Origin: Oikopleura dioica
Lineage: Eukaryota > Animalia > Chordata
Assembly (NCBI GenBank): GCA_907165135.1
Contig: OU015567.1
Span: 6,262,001-6,326,000, forward strand
DNA: 64,000 nucleotides
Reading direction: 5' to 3'
The notes below the pieces were generated by a model. The model ran no database searches. It had not been told where the DNA came from and was given only the letters and a program-made list of their open reading frames with translations. A program made the position numbers and the translations under genes. Shown one piece after another: positions 38,667 through 51,408 of this stretch (position 1 is the stretch's first letter; the number at the start of each line of letters is the position of its first letter).

Positions 38667-39982
38667 ACTCGACTTGCTGAGCTGAGCAATTTAGCCGGGT
38701 AAAGTTTTACTGTTTTTCTTTTACAAAAGCAATAAAATTTGGAAATTTGTTTATATGGGGACGGGGCGGGTTCTCATGGAGCGTTTCCCGTGTGAACTTT
38801 AAAATTAAGTTATTTACGGCTCTTTTTCTGGCTAAAGCGCGTAATAATCGGCGCCACCTAAGTTATTGAGCAGATAATGTGTCCCAGGCAGTTGTTAGAG
38901 TACCTCTTGGCCAACTTGGTGATTATGATTTCGGCCCTCATTCCCAGGCGAAACAATTCATGAGAAAAAATCCTGAATCCGCAAAATCCAAAAATTAAAC
39001 AGCTGCCGTCCCACCGTCCTAAACGCGCAAATGGCCACATTCAAATCCCATCTTTTTATTATTTTACTAAAGTAAATAAAATCACAAATCATACCAAAAT
39101 AAATGAAGATTCAGCCCTTCTCTAGAATTTTCGAGAGCCAGAGTTAGAGACTCTCAGATCCTCACCTTATCTTTCAATTAAGGACCCCCACCCCTTGTTT
39201 ACCCCAAAATTATTAACAGGGTCCTTAATAAAGATAAATAACTTTAAATTGATGATAAAATGTCAATATCATTCCCTAAATTGTTGATTCGACTCAAAAA
39301 ATCATCAAAATTGACAATTTAGGGCTTTTCCCGACGATTTATCAGCAATTTTGGGCCGCTTTTATAGAATTCAAATTCAATATTCCGGTATGAAAAATTA
39401 TATACATAGTATCTTTGAAAAGTGTGAGAATAACATTTAAAATGCGTGAAGTTTTTAGTACTCTCCCAAGCTCCGGGAGAGCGTGAAATCTAAAGTTTAA
39501 AAAATCCATCAGATGTCACGTGATAAATTATTGACCGGAATGGAGCGATTTTCCCAGTCTCTTGTTGATGAGCACCAGCACTGTATCAATGTCATCTCAC
39601 CGCACATCGAAACAGAATTTATGACAAACACTGCATTCTCGAGCACATGTGTTAATCGTGTGAACGTATTCAGAAGAGTCCCTCTTCAGAGCGCACTCAC
39701 AGCTAGTTTTTTGAACCTTTTACAATTATTCCTCAGAAATAAGAGCGTAGAAATCAGTTTCTACAAAGTAGAATCAATTTATTGAAAAAGAAGTTCTTTC
39801 CTCCTTGATATCAAATGAATTCCGCCACTGCTTTCTATTTCGAAGTGATACCCTTAAAAATCGAAATCGATTTTCTTAAAATATGTTTTAAAAAATGCAT
39901 TTCAAAAATTAGAAGCGCCGTATCATCACAATTTTGGAACGGCTTTGAAAATGTCAAAAGCGTCGTTCTACTTGGACTCTTC

Positions 39983-42039
39983 ATGATGCTAACAAGTGTC
40001 CTACATTTATCAACAGCATGCCAGGGACTTTATAAACCTCCGTCGGCGGAAGTTCATACCCTCATTATCGCTCGTTTTTTCCACGTGGACAGTTTTTTAG
40101 ATGAGAAAAATACTCCTATCCTTTGTTGGATTTTTGAATGCAGAGAAAATCCTCATCGAAAAATGTTCCAAAAAGACATAGAAATCGTCCGAGGATCTGG
40201 CGGATTCATCGACAGTCTGAGCAGAGAGAATATCAAATGCCCTAGTTGGTATCAATCCTGGCAGGGATATGAGCGCTGCTATCCGCAAAAAGAGTTTGAC
40301 TGGTGCTGGGACGTACGGCCGTATTGCTCTAAGGTGGGTTAATTTGCACTGTCTATTATTCAGTGTATATTACTGTCAGAGGGAAAAGCATGTGAGCCAG
40401 AAAATAGTGATAATCGATGATGACACCCTTATTTTCAATAAAACCCTTTTTTCAAGGTAAAAGTGCGATTCACCCACTTTGCGGTAGAAGAGCAATCCAA
40501 ATTCCTCCAAAACTGGCACGGTCTCACTGGCGAAGATGTCTGCATCGATAGCGTGGGAGTCGCATGGGCGAACTCTACGCGCGTCTTTTGCGACGAATCG
40601 CATCAGAACTCCCGGGAATTCACATTCTCCGACAACAAGGAGTACGATCCGAATTTGTTGGGTTGGTTTTCGTGGGTTGAACTCGACGCGGCAGAATTTG
40701 CGATTAGGTTCTCGTCGCGTGAGTTGGGTGCAAGTGGCTCCGCGAGTTTCGTTGGATTTGGGCTTCAGGGAGGTTGCTTTAAAATTTATCCAAGAAAGAA
40801 CAGTAATGAAAACATGATTCAAAGCAAAAATGAAAGTGGGAATGCCTCGACACGATCTTCGATGAATGCTTGAATGAGACGCACTCATGCGATTTTAACC
40901 AAAAGTGCATTGACTTGGATAATGGATTCACTTGCGTAGATCAAGGCTCAAGTTCGGTTATACAGTTTTAAATTCGGCCAAGTAACATTAATATTTTCTG
41001 GGAGGTAGATCAATTTTAAACGGTCACTTTGTCCTGCTGCCCATAAGAAGATACTCTTCCTTGATTTCACCGTGAATTTTAATCGAACTTAACTCAGCCA
41101 AGAAACCATCGATCTGATCCTAGAAGAAGTTCCATCAAGCACGCTGATCAAAGAACGCTCCCTGCAGGTAGAATTATCTGCAGTTTTTCTTAATATTTGA
41201 TATTTTTTAAAGATGAAAGAGTTTGGATGTGCTACTTGCCATCAGAATGCCGACTGCGTGAATAGCAAATGTGTGTGTAGAGATGGTTTTAAAGGCACCG
41301 GCTATTCCTGCGTTCCATTAGGTAATGGTTCATCATATGTTTTTTATCGTCGTTTGCTGCCGGTGATATTGGCCGCAGTCTGCCACTTTTCCAGCCCAAT
41401 AAATATCTTTATAGCTGGAAGATGCAGCAAAAAGGCCAGAAATCCATGCTCAAAAAACGCCATCTGCGAAGAACAACCCGGAAAGGCACCTCCAAAATGC
41501 ACTTGTAAAGAAGGATACACGGGCTCTGGAAAGAAGTGCATCAAAAGCTCGAAAATCTGCAGCGAGGAGTGCGATAAAAACGCGATTTGCATCAACTCCG
41601 AGTGTATTTGCAATGTTGGGTTCAATGGAGATGGACGGACATGCAAAAAATGTAGGTTCGATTCTATCTGATTTTTTGTTAAATCAAATCTACAGTGGCA
41701 TATACTGAAGAGCCCGTGCAGAAGCCAGAGGCTAAATCATCAGCTTGTGTTCTTAGCGAGCCTGAGCCGGGCTCATCATGCTTCCAGACTTTGGAAAGGA
41801 TGAGCGCCTTTGTCACGTGCGAAGACTCGTTCAAGAGCGCGCTCAAAAGGGATAAGCTGATTCTGAAGATGGGCGAGCTCCTCGATCGCTTCTGCATCGA
41901 GCTCGAGGAGAATCGACCGGACAGGTGCGTGGATGTCACAACGCCGATCGCGATTTTGTACAATAAAATGATGAGGGTTTCTTCTTTCTCGCAGTGGCTA
42001 GAGACATTGCGTCAACAGGAATGTTCTACCAGAGAATAA
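39983..42039 (+). CDS. Probable extracellular protein with a divergent CUB-like domain and three EGF-like repeats (exon structure partly unresolved)
   Basis: SGGFIDS..YPQKEFDWCWDV..VRFTHFAVEE..C.DSV..FC pattern; EGF units CHQNADC..CVCRDGFKGTGYSC, CSKNAIC..CTCKEGYTGSGKKC and CDKNAIC..CICNVGFNGDGRTC. Confidence 0.65.
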
Positions 42040-43226
42040 TTAATGACATTCTTTGTTCAAATATACTGGACTGAAATTTTAATGCTAAGAGAACAAGGTG
42101 TGTTTTGGAAGATATCTTCAGAACTAAGTCTTGTACTCTCAAATTTAGCAAGATTTAGCAAGATTTTGCGGTTTGCAGCTGAGAAACTCACCTTCTTCGT
42201 TCGACAAGACATTTGAACATAGGAAGAAAATCATGGAAGAACATTAAAAGATCAAAAACGCCTCCGATATTGCAGAAAGAAAGGCCCGTATAATTTCAAG
42301 CTAGAAAAGCTCGAGCGACTGTATGGTCGAATCACGCTCTAAGAAGACATGCGAGGCAGATGAAAATATGAATCTGGCATATTTTCTGTCTCTTTTTTCC
42401 AAACTGTCAATATGCTAAAATCTGTTATATAATTTAAATTGTTGTCTTACAAAGAATAGACTTACAAAGACCTTACGCTGCCTTATGTTTAATAATAAAA
42501 AGTTCTGACTTATACCATCCAACTCAAATGATAAATGGATAATTCAACGATATCCCCACCAATTCCCGAGTATCAGAATATGATATGCCACCCTCGCGCG
42601 CCCCTGGCGCCCTCCCTCTTTTCTGTCATATCCTGAGGGGCCCGCCCAGCTACCAAACTTCTGTGAGTGATCCACGTTTTCCGTGTTCTCCTCTCGTTTT
42701 CGAGGAAAATGTTCGGGAAGAAGAGAGAACGACCAAAAACGGGTGAAGAGCCCGGACGAAAATTAGAACTTTGCCAGAATGGAGTGAGGAATCAGTCCAA
42801 TCATGCAACTACCTCCTCTCGAGAACAAGGGGAGATTATTGAAGGAAGGGACAAATTAACCCCAGTGGGACGCGTTGACGTATTGATCGAGCGGGCTTAG
42901 ATCGGCCATTTAAACAGTTAAACTTATGCTGATAAATTATTAATGCTGATAAGTCGTTTTTATTATCCTAAAAGAAGCGATTTTACTAGATTTACTAGAT
43001 GTCACTCTTTTCAATTTTCAAAAAAGGCGTCAAAAAATGCTAAAATATATCATTTCCCCGGCGCAGTAGAATCTTTCTGATGGGATTTATTGATTTACAG
43101 TGCATTTCAATGACAAATGTTTACAGTAACACTTCGGCAATGCTATCTACCACGAGCACGTAATACATGCTTAATAATTTATCCGCCAGGCACTTTTCAC
43201 TCGTCATATTCAGAAGCTGATTTCAG

Positions 43227-46200
43227 CGAGTTACAGTTCCTAAAACAGTCACTCTTGATCGAACACTTGGTGGACTGGGAATCTCAATCACAGGTGGTGC
43301 GGACAATCAAATTCTAGAGGGCAATTCTGGTGTCTTTATTACTAATGTAAGTCGCTACTGTAATCGACAGTAGAAGAGATGAACTTGATTAACTTGAAGA
43401 ATAAGGCCCCGTCTGTCTTATCCAATAACTTCGGGGAGCCTTGTAAGTGGATTAGCTTAATGACTGTGCTTTTAAATTAATATTTATATACCTGTCGGAG
43501 TTTTTACTCCGCCCGTCAAAATTGCTGCTCGGGGATTCTCGCCGGGACAGCAGATTCATTCATTCGTGCAGAAGACATGATATACGTTTCCTATCAAATT
43601 AAGAATATTGAGCGAAGAGCGTGCTAGCTGCTGCTGCTGTCGAACTTTTTGTGACGGATTACAGTGAACTGATTTTTGATGGGCACTCTTGAGGGATCGT
43701 TTCTCCCCAGGGGATTATATTCAGCTTGATGCGGATTAAATTGACACTCAATTGAATTAATTCTTTTTCACTTAGTCCAAAAACCTTGTTTTACTTTTGA
43801 GTACATTTGAGCTGCACAAATCATCCTGTTTAAGCAGAGTTGCAAATTGCTGAGCTGAGTGAGCTGAGCTGGCTGAGTGAGCTAAGCAGTTGATCTGATC
43901 TGCTCAGTTCAGCTCAGACAATTTTCACTCTGTTTCATAAAATATGACTGTAGATACCAGGTATACAGGCTGTATTCTTCCTTGATTTCACAAGCAATCG
44001 TTCGCTTCAAGAATTCATAAAGAAAACATTCATTATTTTCTTCGGCAAATATAGCTCAATCAGCAGCCGAGTTGAAATCAAGGATGAACATCTTTCTTTT
44101 GGCAACGTATAAAAATATGTTTAGCAGGATATGCAAAGCATGTTCGCATGAATAACTTACAACGCTTTTCACGCTTTCACATTTTTCCAAAGCCAATAAA
44201 CCTTCCTCTAAGTGGTCTCCGAATCGTCTAGTATCTATTTCTGATTTCCGTTAAAAATAGTTTTTTAACGGACAATTAAGATCATGAAAAATGGCTCGGC
44301 CGCGCTGGACGGACGCCTGCGAGTTGGAGACATGCTTGTAAAGATTGAAAATGATAGTTTGATTAACGAGCGTCACAAGAAGGCGGTAAAGATGCTTCAG
44401 AAGGCGCCGAAAAGGGTGAAGCTCATTGTCAGAAGAAACAGCACATATGTTAGGGTAGGTCAATCAAAGAAGGGATCGAATAAGGGATTCATCATTTCAG
44501 CTCCTGGCCGAAGCAGGAATCATTCGACCAGATGTGAACTCCTTCGCAAACACGAGCCGGCTTCCTAGAATAGAAAAGTTTTGCCAACTCAATTTATTAG
44601 TATCTAAAATAGTAGAATTAAATAATCTTGAAAACTTTTGTCAAGACATGCCTAGAACGATTGAAGTCTCACTCGATGTCTCATCGAAGGAAAGTTGTTC
44701 ACGTGAATAATAGAAGGGTTCTTTAGCAGTTGTGTATAAAGAGACTTATTCCTAAGTTTTTGAGTTCTTCCATGAATGATTAATGGCATGGTTTTTAAAG
44801 TTCATCATTTGCCGAAAAAATACCGCGAGACTCAATCTGATTTGATGACTCTCTTGAGGCGCTGTTCTCAATCGACCAATCAAATTTCTTGACTCGAATT
44901 TCAACCAATTTTTTAGTGGGTTTGATTCGTCTCAAGATTTTAGCTCTCCAGGAAAAGGATGAAAAACGTCACCGTGAAGATCGCCATTTTCGGGTGATAA
45001 GAGTAGTGCTTATCAGTTGCCGCCAAAGGCCCGTAAACATTACGTGAACATGCGAAAAAGGGATTAGGGATAACGATCGCTGGCGGGGTCGGAAATGAAC
45101 ACGTACCGGGCGACTCGTCCATTTTTATCACTTCGATATTTGCCAATGGAAGTGCTTATGGGAACCGTGCGCAAATACACATCTCAATTTTATTTTCTGA
45201 TATTACAGTACTCGTCGAACATAGTTTTAAAAAGCTTCTGAGTTTTCGAATTTCTGCTTTTCATCGCTCCTATCGAGAAAACCTTGCATCTTCCGTATCC
45301 ATTTAGGTGCCCATAATACGAGCCTGCATGTGTGCCCATGTAGCTAGAAACCATCGAAACGAGTGTTAACAGTAATATCCTCATCATCTTTCTTTCTTTG
45401 TGGGATTCTAAGTTGAGTTCTAGCAGTTATATAGAAGCTTTCTTATATAAATTTATGCAAATTTTTTTGGTTGTGTCAAGGTTACCAAATCATCGTCGGA
45501 ATTCGAAAATTCGTTGATGACTAAATATAAATATTTCATACGAGATGATATAATAAAGCATTTGCGCATCGTTGTCTAAGCGTCCTGGAACCTGGAACGC
45601 GACTGCTCTCCATCGACGATCGAGATATAACGCGGGAAATGCACGAAGAAGTCGTCGAAATGCTCAATAACTGCGGCGAGCGCGTCAATTTGAGGATACA
45701 GAGGCCGCCGACTTCGCAAACATTCAATTACGGTTCTGAAAAAAACAATTTATCTAGTTGAAATGGTAGAAGTCTGAACCGGCGAAAGTCTCGTTGAAAA
45801 CGAGTTTGACGATTTGCGGATAGTTCAAATCTGCAGGCTGGCGATGGGGCTTGGCTTTAATATTGTTGGAGGCGAAATGGACAATCAAGGTAGAGAGACC
45901 CTTAGTAAACACGACCACAGTTTGCGGGAAATGCTCAGGAAAAGCTTTCAGCCCCTAAATGGACCATTTCTGACAGTAAACAGACACATACAGTGGCGTC
46001 CTTCCTCCTCGCTTCCCTTATCCGTTCTAGAGGAATTAGGGGGCAAGAAGGAAGGACGCCACTGTATCTTGATTGTAAAATCATTTTTTAGGCATATTTA
46101 TTTCGTATCTACATCCAACCGGCGTAGCAGAATCAACGGGAAAAATTAGAGAAGGCGATCAAATCGTTGCAGTCAACAATATTTCCTTCCTGAACATGAA

Positions 46201-46479
46201 TCATCAAGGTAAGACATCTCCGATCGTAAATTATGCTTCCTCAAATTTTTAAATTTTTTATAAAAAAATATTTTTTTGAAGACGCCGTAAGAATTCTCCG
46301 ATCTGTCGACGAATGCATCGTCATCGAGCTCTCCTACCAGCCCGAAAAGTTTCACAAATTAAAAGTAATGCTCCGAAAGATTTAAAATTTTGACCGAAGA
46401 TATCATTTAGGATGAAATCTGGAAGCTGAGGGAGCAAAATAGAAGAAAAGTTTTACACTGTGATTCTGTAAAATTGTGA
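43227..46479 (+). CDS. DLG-like protein with three PDZ domains; 5' end unresolved, apparently no SH3/GK
   Basis: PDZ1 [20 protein letters not shown]; PDZ2 [24 protein letters not shown]; PDZ3 [26 protein letters not shown]. Same order and signatures as DLG1-4. Confidence 0.8.
45190..45387 (-). CDS. Nested intronless gene for a 65-aa secreted peptide precursor
   Basis: Signal-peptide-like [15 protein letters not shown]; TATA-like TATATAA at ~45427-45450; AATAAA overlapping the stop; lies antisense inside the PDZ2 intron. Confidence 0.6.
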   Translation of the reverse strand: MMRILLLTLVSMVSSYMGTHAGSYYGHLNGYGRCKVFSIGAMKSRNSKTQKLFKTMFDEYCNIRK

Positions 46480-46980
46480 TACTGTACATTTTATTCGCTT
46501 TCTATATAAATATTGATTACAGAGAGAAAGAAATTTCTTCTTCAAAATGGAAAAATCAAGGTCTGCTAGACTGAAAAAAACGGTAAAAAATTCAAAAAAT
46601 TTCTAGATGGATCTAATTTTCTGATAAAATCTAAAAGAGCATTTTCAGTTGCTCGAGTTTTGGCGTGTTTTTGTCAAGTCAACTTTTTTTTATTCGAATT
46701 CAAAATTCAAAAAGAGAGAGAGAGAATGAAAGAGGCGGTGTCTCTTCACTTCCGGTGAGCTTTTCATTTAACGCTTTTTGACTGTTAGACAAGTCGTTTT
46801 CTTTTGAATCAAGAGCTATTTCTACGAAAATTCTTACGTGTTACAGAAAGAGGTTTAGTTTGAAATACTGTCAAACAGAAGAGGGGCTCCGTTAATTTTA
46901 ATTATATTTGAAATATTTTACTGATAAGATAACATTGATCAACTAGTTTTAGGCAAGAAATGACTCAGTACTTCTCATAA

Positions 46981-47372
46981 AACTGTGTAGAAAACCTGAG
47001 TCAGGCCCAAAAGTGCTAAAATAGCGTTTTTTACCAAATTTCAGGGTCTGACTCAGGTTTTCTACACATGAAGCCGACCTCAGATTCGTTATGTTTATCT
47101 GGGCTCAGCAACCTGTCTAGAAAGTCTAAGTCAGGGTCTGAAAGAACTGAATTTTGATAGACGAGCGGCTCTTCAGTTCTTTCAGACCCTGACTCAGGTT
47201 TTCTACACAGGTTGCCAAGCCCAGATAAACATAACGAATCTGGGCTCGGCTTTCTGTGTAGAAAACTTGAGTCAGACCCCGAAATTTTATTAAAAAATCG
47301 GCTATTTTAGCTCTATCAGACCCTGACTCAGGCTTTCTACACAGAAAGCCCAGCCCAGATTCGTTATGTTTA
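46981..47372. repeat. Triple nested hairpin array of the CCTGAGTCAGG family
   Basis: Three CTGTGTAGAAAACCTGAGTCAG..CTGACTCAGGTTTTCTACACAG hairpins linked by CCCAGATTCGTTATGTTTAT spacers in alternating orientation. Confidence 0.8.
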
Positions 47373-48209
47373 TAATGCTTAAACTTAGTGTAGTATAAAT
47401 GAGTGGGCTTTATTTATTTTATTTTTAATTGTTATTGAAAGCAGGTGGCACGAGTCGAGCCGTTTCTGAGTTAATTTTTTTTCTGTTTTCATGATCAGAT
47501 TTTATGACCCATGTCGTTAGCTAAAAATGATGCCGGTCGTTATTCAGCTTTTACACTTTTTTCTCTAAGAGTCAGAAATTTCTCAAGTACGTTTCGTAAA
47601 TTAAGAGATTACTTTCATTTTTTAGAGAAATTTGACAAGCAATCGCGGTTTTTTTTATTAAAAATATTAAAAAATATTAAAATTATATTGGAGAGTTATG
47701 CTTTTATTGAAATATTACTGTACTTCAAAATACAGTAACTGTTTGATTCAAAAATAGATAAATAAAATCTTTGGATGAGTTGCCGCGCCACTCGTAAAAT
47801 CGTAAAAACGAGGCAAGTTTATATTTAGCCGCGATGAATTTCAAACTGATTAATCATTCATTTTCAACAGCTTCGCATAAAGAGAAGGGTCTCCATCTTT
47901 CTTGTTAGTTTGCCGGTTGGTCGCTAAGTCCATCCTAGCAACGCCGAAACATCTTTACTTTTTACGTTTCAGACCGTTTTTTCCGATTTCTTTTTCGTTT
48001 TTCGAGGAAGGAAAAACATAAAAAGTTGAAGTATAAATGGCGCCATTGTCAAAATTATCGCTGGTGGTTCCTGTTGCGCTTTACGACCCACGTGGACCTT
48101 CAATAGAGAGAGAAAACGGGTCAACGGGCGACTTTTTCGTTTTTTTCAAGAGTCTGAGAGATTTTACACCATTTCAATATTTTTTTCGACTTCAGGGAAG
48201 CTGCTTTGC

Positions 48210-48540
48210 GGCTACGTTTTTTTAAAGCCGCTTTGCGGCTTTCCTGAAAGCTCTTGCGGAACCCTGACTCAGGTTCCTCATTTCTACACAGACTTCCAAG
48301 CCCAGTAAGTCGACAATCTTTTGAGCCTGGGCTCTGCAACCTGTGTAGAAAACCTGAGTCAGGGTCTAAAATAGCTGAAATGAAAAGCCGCGGCTTTTTG
48401 AAAACGAAGCCGCTTCGCCAAATAATCTGTTGAAAATTCTGGCGAAGCCGCCTCGCGGCTTTGTTTTCAAAAAGCCGCGGCTTATCATTTCGGCTCTTCT
48501 AGACCCTGACTCAGGTTTTCTACATAGGTTGCCGAGCAAA
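48210..48540. repeat. Palindromic MITE-like family copy
   Basis: Arms AACCTGTGTAGAAAACCTGAGTCAGGGTC / GACCCTGACTCAGGTTTTCTACATAGGTTGC with internal AAGCCGC palindromes. Confidence 0.78.
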
Positions 48541-49879
48541 GTTTGGAGGTGCCCTAGTTTAGGATTTTCTAGGAATAAAGTGACTGTAAATATGCATACT
48601 TTGTATTCTTGGTTTCAACCACAAGCCGCCGGCGGGTAGCGTTGCTACGCCTAGGGCAAAATGTAAATTTTTATGAGCATAATTACGCATGTTATTTGGG
48701 CACCATTAAGGCTGTGTCTTGCGCCGGCGGCAATATTCTATGGCGCAGCGTATTTTTCTTTTTTCTTAGCAAATATGAATTAACGGGCCGCTTTTTGCAG
48801 GTAGATGATATTTACTTTAGCGGAGAGCGCTGGAAAGCGCAAATATGAAAACTGCGCGCTGTGGGGCAATGCCGCCCTGCCCAGCCGCCAGAACGGATTT
48901 TTCACACAACCAAAATCAAGAGCCACAAAAGCGAAAAAAAAATAAAATGAAAAAATTAACGAAGACATTTTTCAAGAAAGAGAATTTGGAAAGAGCTGCC
49001 CCACGAGCAAAAAGGGAGCAAATCTTGCTTTGAAATCATCACGTGGTGGAGTCAACGAGTCCTTGAAATTACCGGCTGAGAACAGAAATAGAACCACTCA
49101 GCTGGTATATCAGGATCGTTTCCTACACCCGTGAGCAATCGACGCGAATTTTGGAAAGTTCACGCCCGAGGGCAAGTCGTTATTTGCCCGGAACACGTGT
49201 TCTTAAATGCGTAGGTAGTGCATTTTTGAACATAAAGTTGAATCGTTCAAATTTAAAAAATAAACTGATTTATTTTAAAATTCTTAAATTTCTAAAAAGT
49301 CCGATTAACGATGGTATTCAAGTTCACCACCTGAAGATGCTGAATAAGACTTTCTTCTAGCGGCATATCTAACAGTCTGAAAAGAGGCCACGCAAGATAT
49401 TCTTATTTAGACAAGTCGCGTTTCTACAATTATTACGAGATCAGTCAGCGTGTCAGGACGGAAATTGGATTTTTCCTTCTCACGACTTGGCGAATTGGCG
49501 AGTTTTTCTGATTTGTTTTGAACCGGCCAAGTTGCAAGTTCTTCTTTTGCAATTTTGACAATTTGAGAAAGCGAACTCTTTTCTTATCAATGACTGCAAA
49601 CTTGAAGGTCGCCGGCTCTTATCAGCGAAAAGCTGTGACGAGGAGGATGGCTGTGTGAATCTAACGCGAATCGGATTAGAAACTTATCAGTGTGTGAGAA
49701 CTGAGAACGCTGATTGAACGTCTTTTTCGACTAATATTTAGGCTGTTTTTCAAATTTCTTTATGAAGAAGAAAGTGGCTGTTCCGAAAAAGGGTGTCAAA
49801 ATTATTGCGCCGGAGGCTCGACCAAGAAATCTCCCAGAAAATCGAAATTAATGTCGTAAATGCCCTTTCTGATGTTTGA

Positions 49880-50098
49880 AAAACCTGGGTCAGATTCTGA
49901 AGAGCTAAAATGAAAAGCCACGTAGCGGCTTTTTAAAAACGAAGCCGCTAGGCGGCTTCGCCAGAGATTTAAAAAAGATACGAGTGATTGAATTGCAAAG
50001 CCGCGGCGCGGCTTCGTTTTTAAAAGCCGCTATTTAGCCGCATTTAAGCTCTTCAGAATCTGACTCAGGTTTTTAACACAGGTTGCCGAGCCCAGAAC
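49880..50098. repeat. Palindromic MITE-like family copy
   Basis: AAAAACCTGGGTCAGATTCTGAAGAGCT ... AGCTCTTCAGAATCTGACTCAGGTTTTT arms with internal AAGCCGC modules. Confidence 0.75.
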
Positions 50099-51408
50099 CG
50101 AGGATAAATCGTAATTTCAGCTTATTTATTTTTACAACAACAGAGCTACAATACGACATAATGTGAAACATGGTTAATAATAATACTTACGACATCACAC
50201 GTTTTTTCTTATCCTTGAAGTTGCGACCTAAAAACCGCAAAAACACGGAACACCGGGACTCCAGAAAACTCTAAATGCTGGATTAAGGACAATCAGTACC
50301 GCCACATAAGGCGGCTTACGTCATGTTCTGATACTCGAAAATTTGCAAGTGTCAAATTTTGACGAAATCACGTTCCAAAACGTCTCATGCTTCAAATTCG
50401 GCCCCCTGCTAAATTTTATTAAAATCAAATTACGCCCGCCTCGCATATTGTTAATATTACAAACGCGCAAATATCAAAAAACCGGATGTGTTTCAAACTT
50501 TGATCTTCAGCCGGCAAAATATTTGACCAACTTGCGCATAACTTTTAGTTATCGGATCTTGACTTGACGCAGAATCGTGAACACTTGGGAAATTATGGCT
50601 ATCTTATCTTTTATTGAGCGATAAGCCGATTTCAGAGCGAGAAGTCTGAAGGGTTAGGGCTATCGCTGGATGAGCTGGCTTTGTTGGATTGAAAAATTTG
50701 TTATCAGACGTATATTTTTCTTTGGAGCAGGGGCCAGTAAAAATGGCAACCAACTTCAGAAAAAGAAAGGCGGAAAACTACCCCTGGAAGTGCTTTCTCC
50801 TCAAATCCGTCAACAAAACCGCGGATTTAGCCACTTTACTGTTTGGTATTTTCTTCCTTCCCGATCTCGGTAAAAATCACGGTGGACTTGACAAACTTTT
50901 TCTGAGAGTGTCTGTATAAACAGTTTTGACTTGATCTTGGATTTGACGGATTTGAGGGATCTTTCTGACGTAGCATAAATGCGAGTAAATCCGAGATAGT
51001 CGGTCCTAAAGTCAATTTTAGAATAATAAACAGTCAACTCATCTAACTCTTCGTGAATTCTAAAATCATCGAACTGATACAGTCACTTTTCATTGTGATA
51101 ATTTCATGTAAACATCATTGGCTTCGATTTATAGCTAAAATGGTTCGGAGACAAATGATTTTAAAATGTGTATAAATAGCCATCAATAATCACTTTCCGA
51201 GTCTATCTCTAAAGATTGAATTTATTTCAAGCCATTTTTTTGCCAAACAATCATTCTTTTGCCATTCGTAAAATCCGGCGCAGCGAAAAATAGCGCCCTC
51301 TCGCGCACCAAGGTGGTTTATAAGCGCGTCTCCCGCCGAGATCACCATCAAAAACTACTGATAACGACAGTAGGAAAAGAAACACACTCAATAATAAAAG
51401 AGGAAAAA

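Noticed and set aside
39167-39237. 71-bp hairpin with ~18-bp arms
   Set aside because: Single copy in the window with no TSD evidence; too little to call an element.
43846-43920. GAGCT/GCTGA pentamer run resembling Ig switch repeats
   Set aside because: Only ~70 bp of intronic low-complexity sequence; no supporting context.
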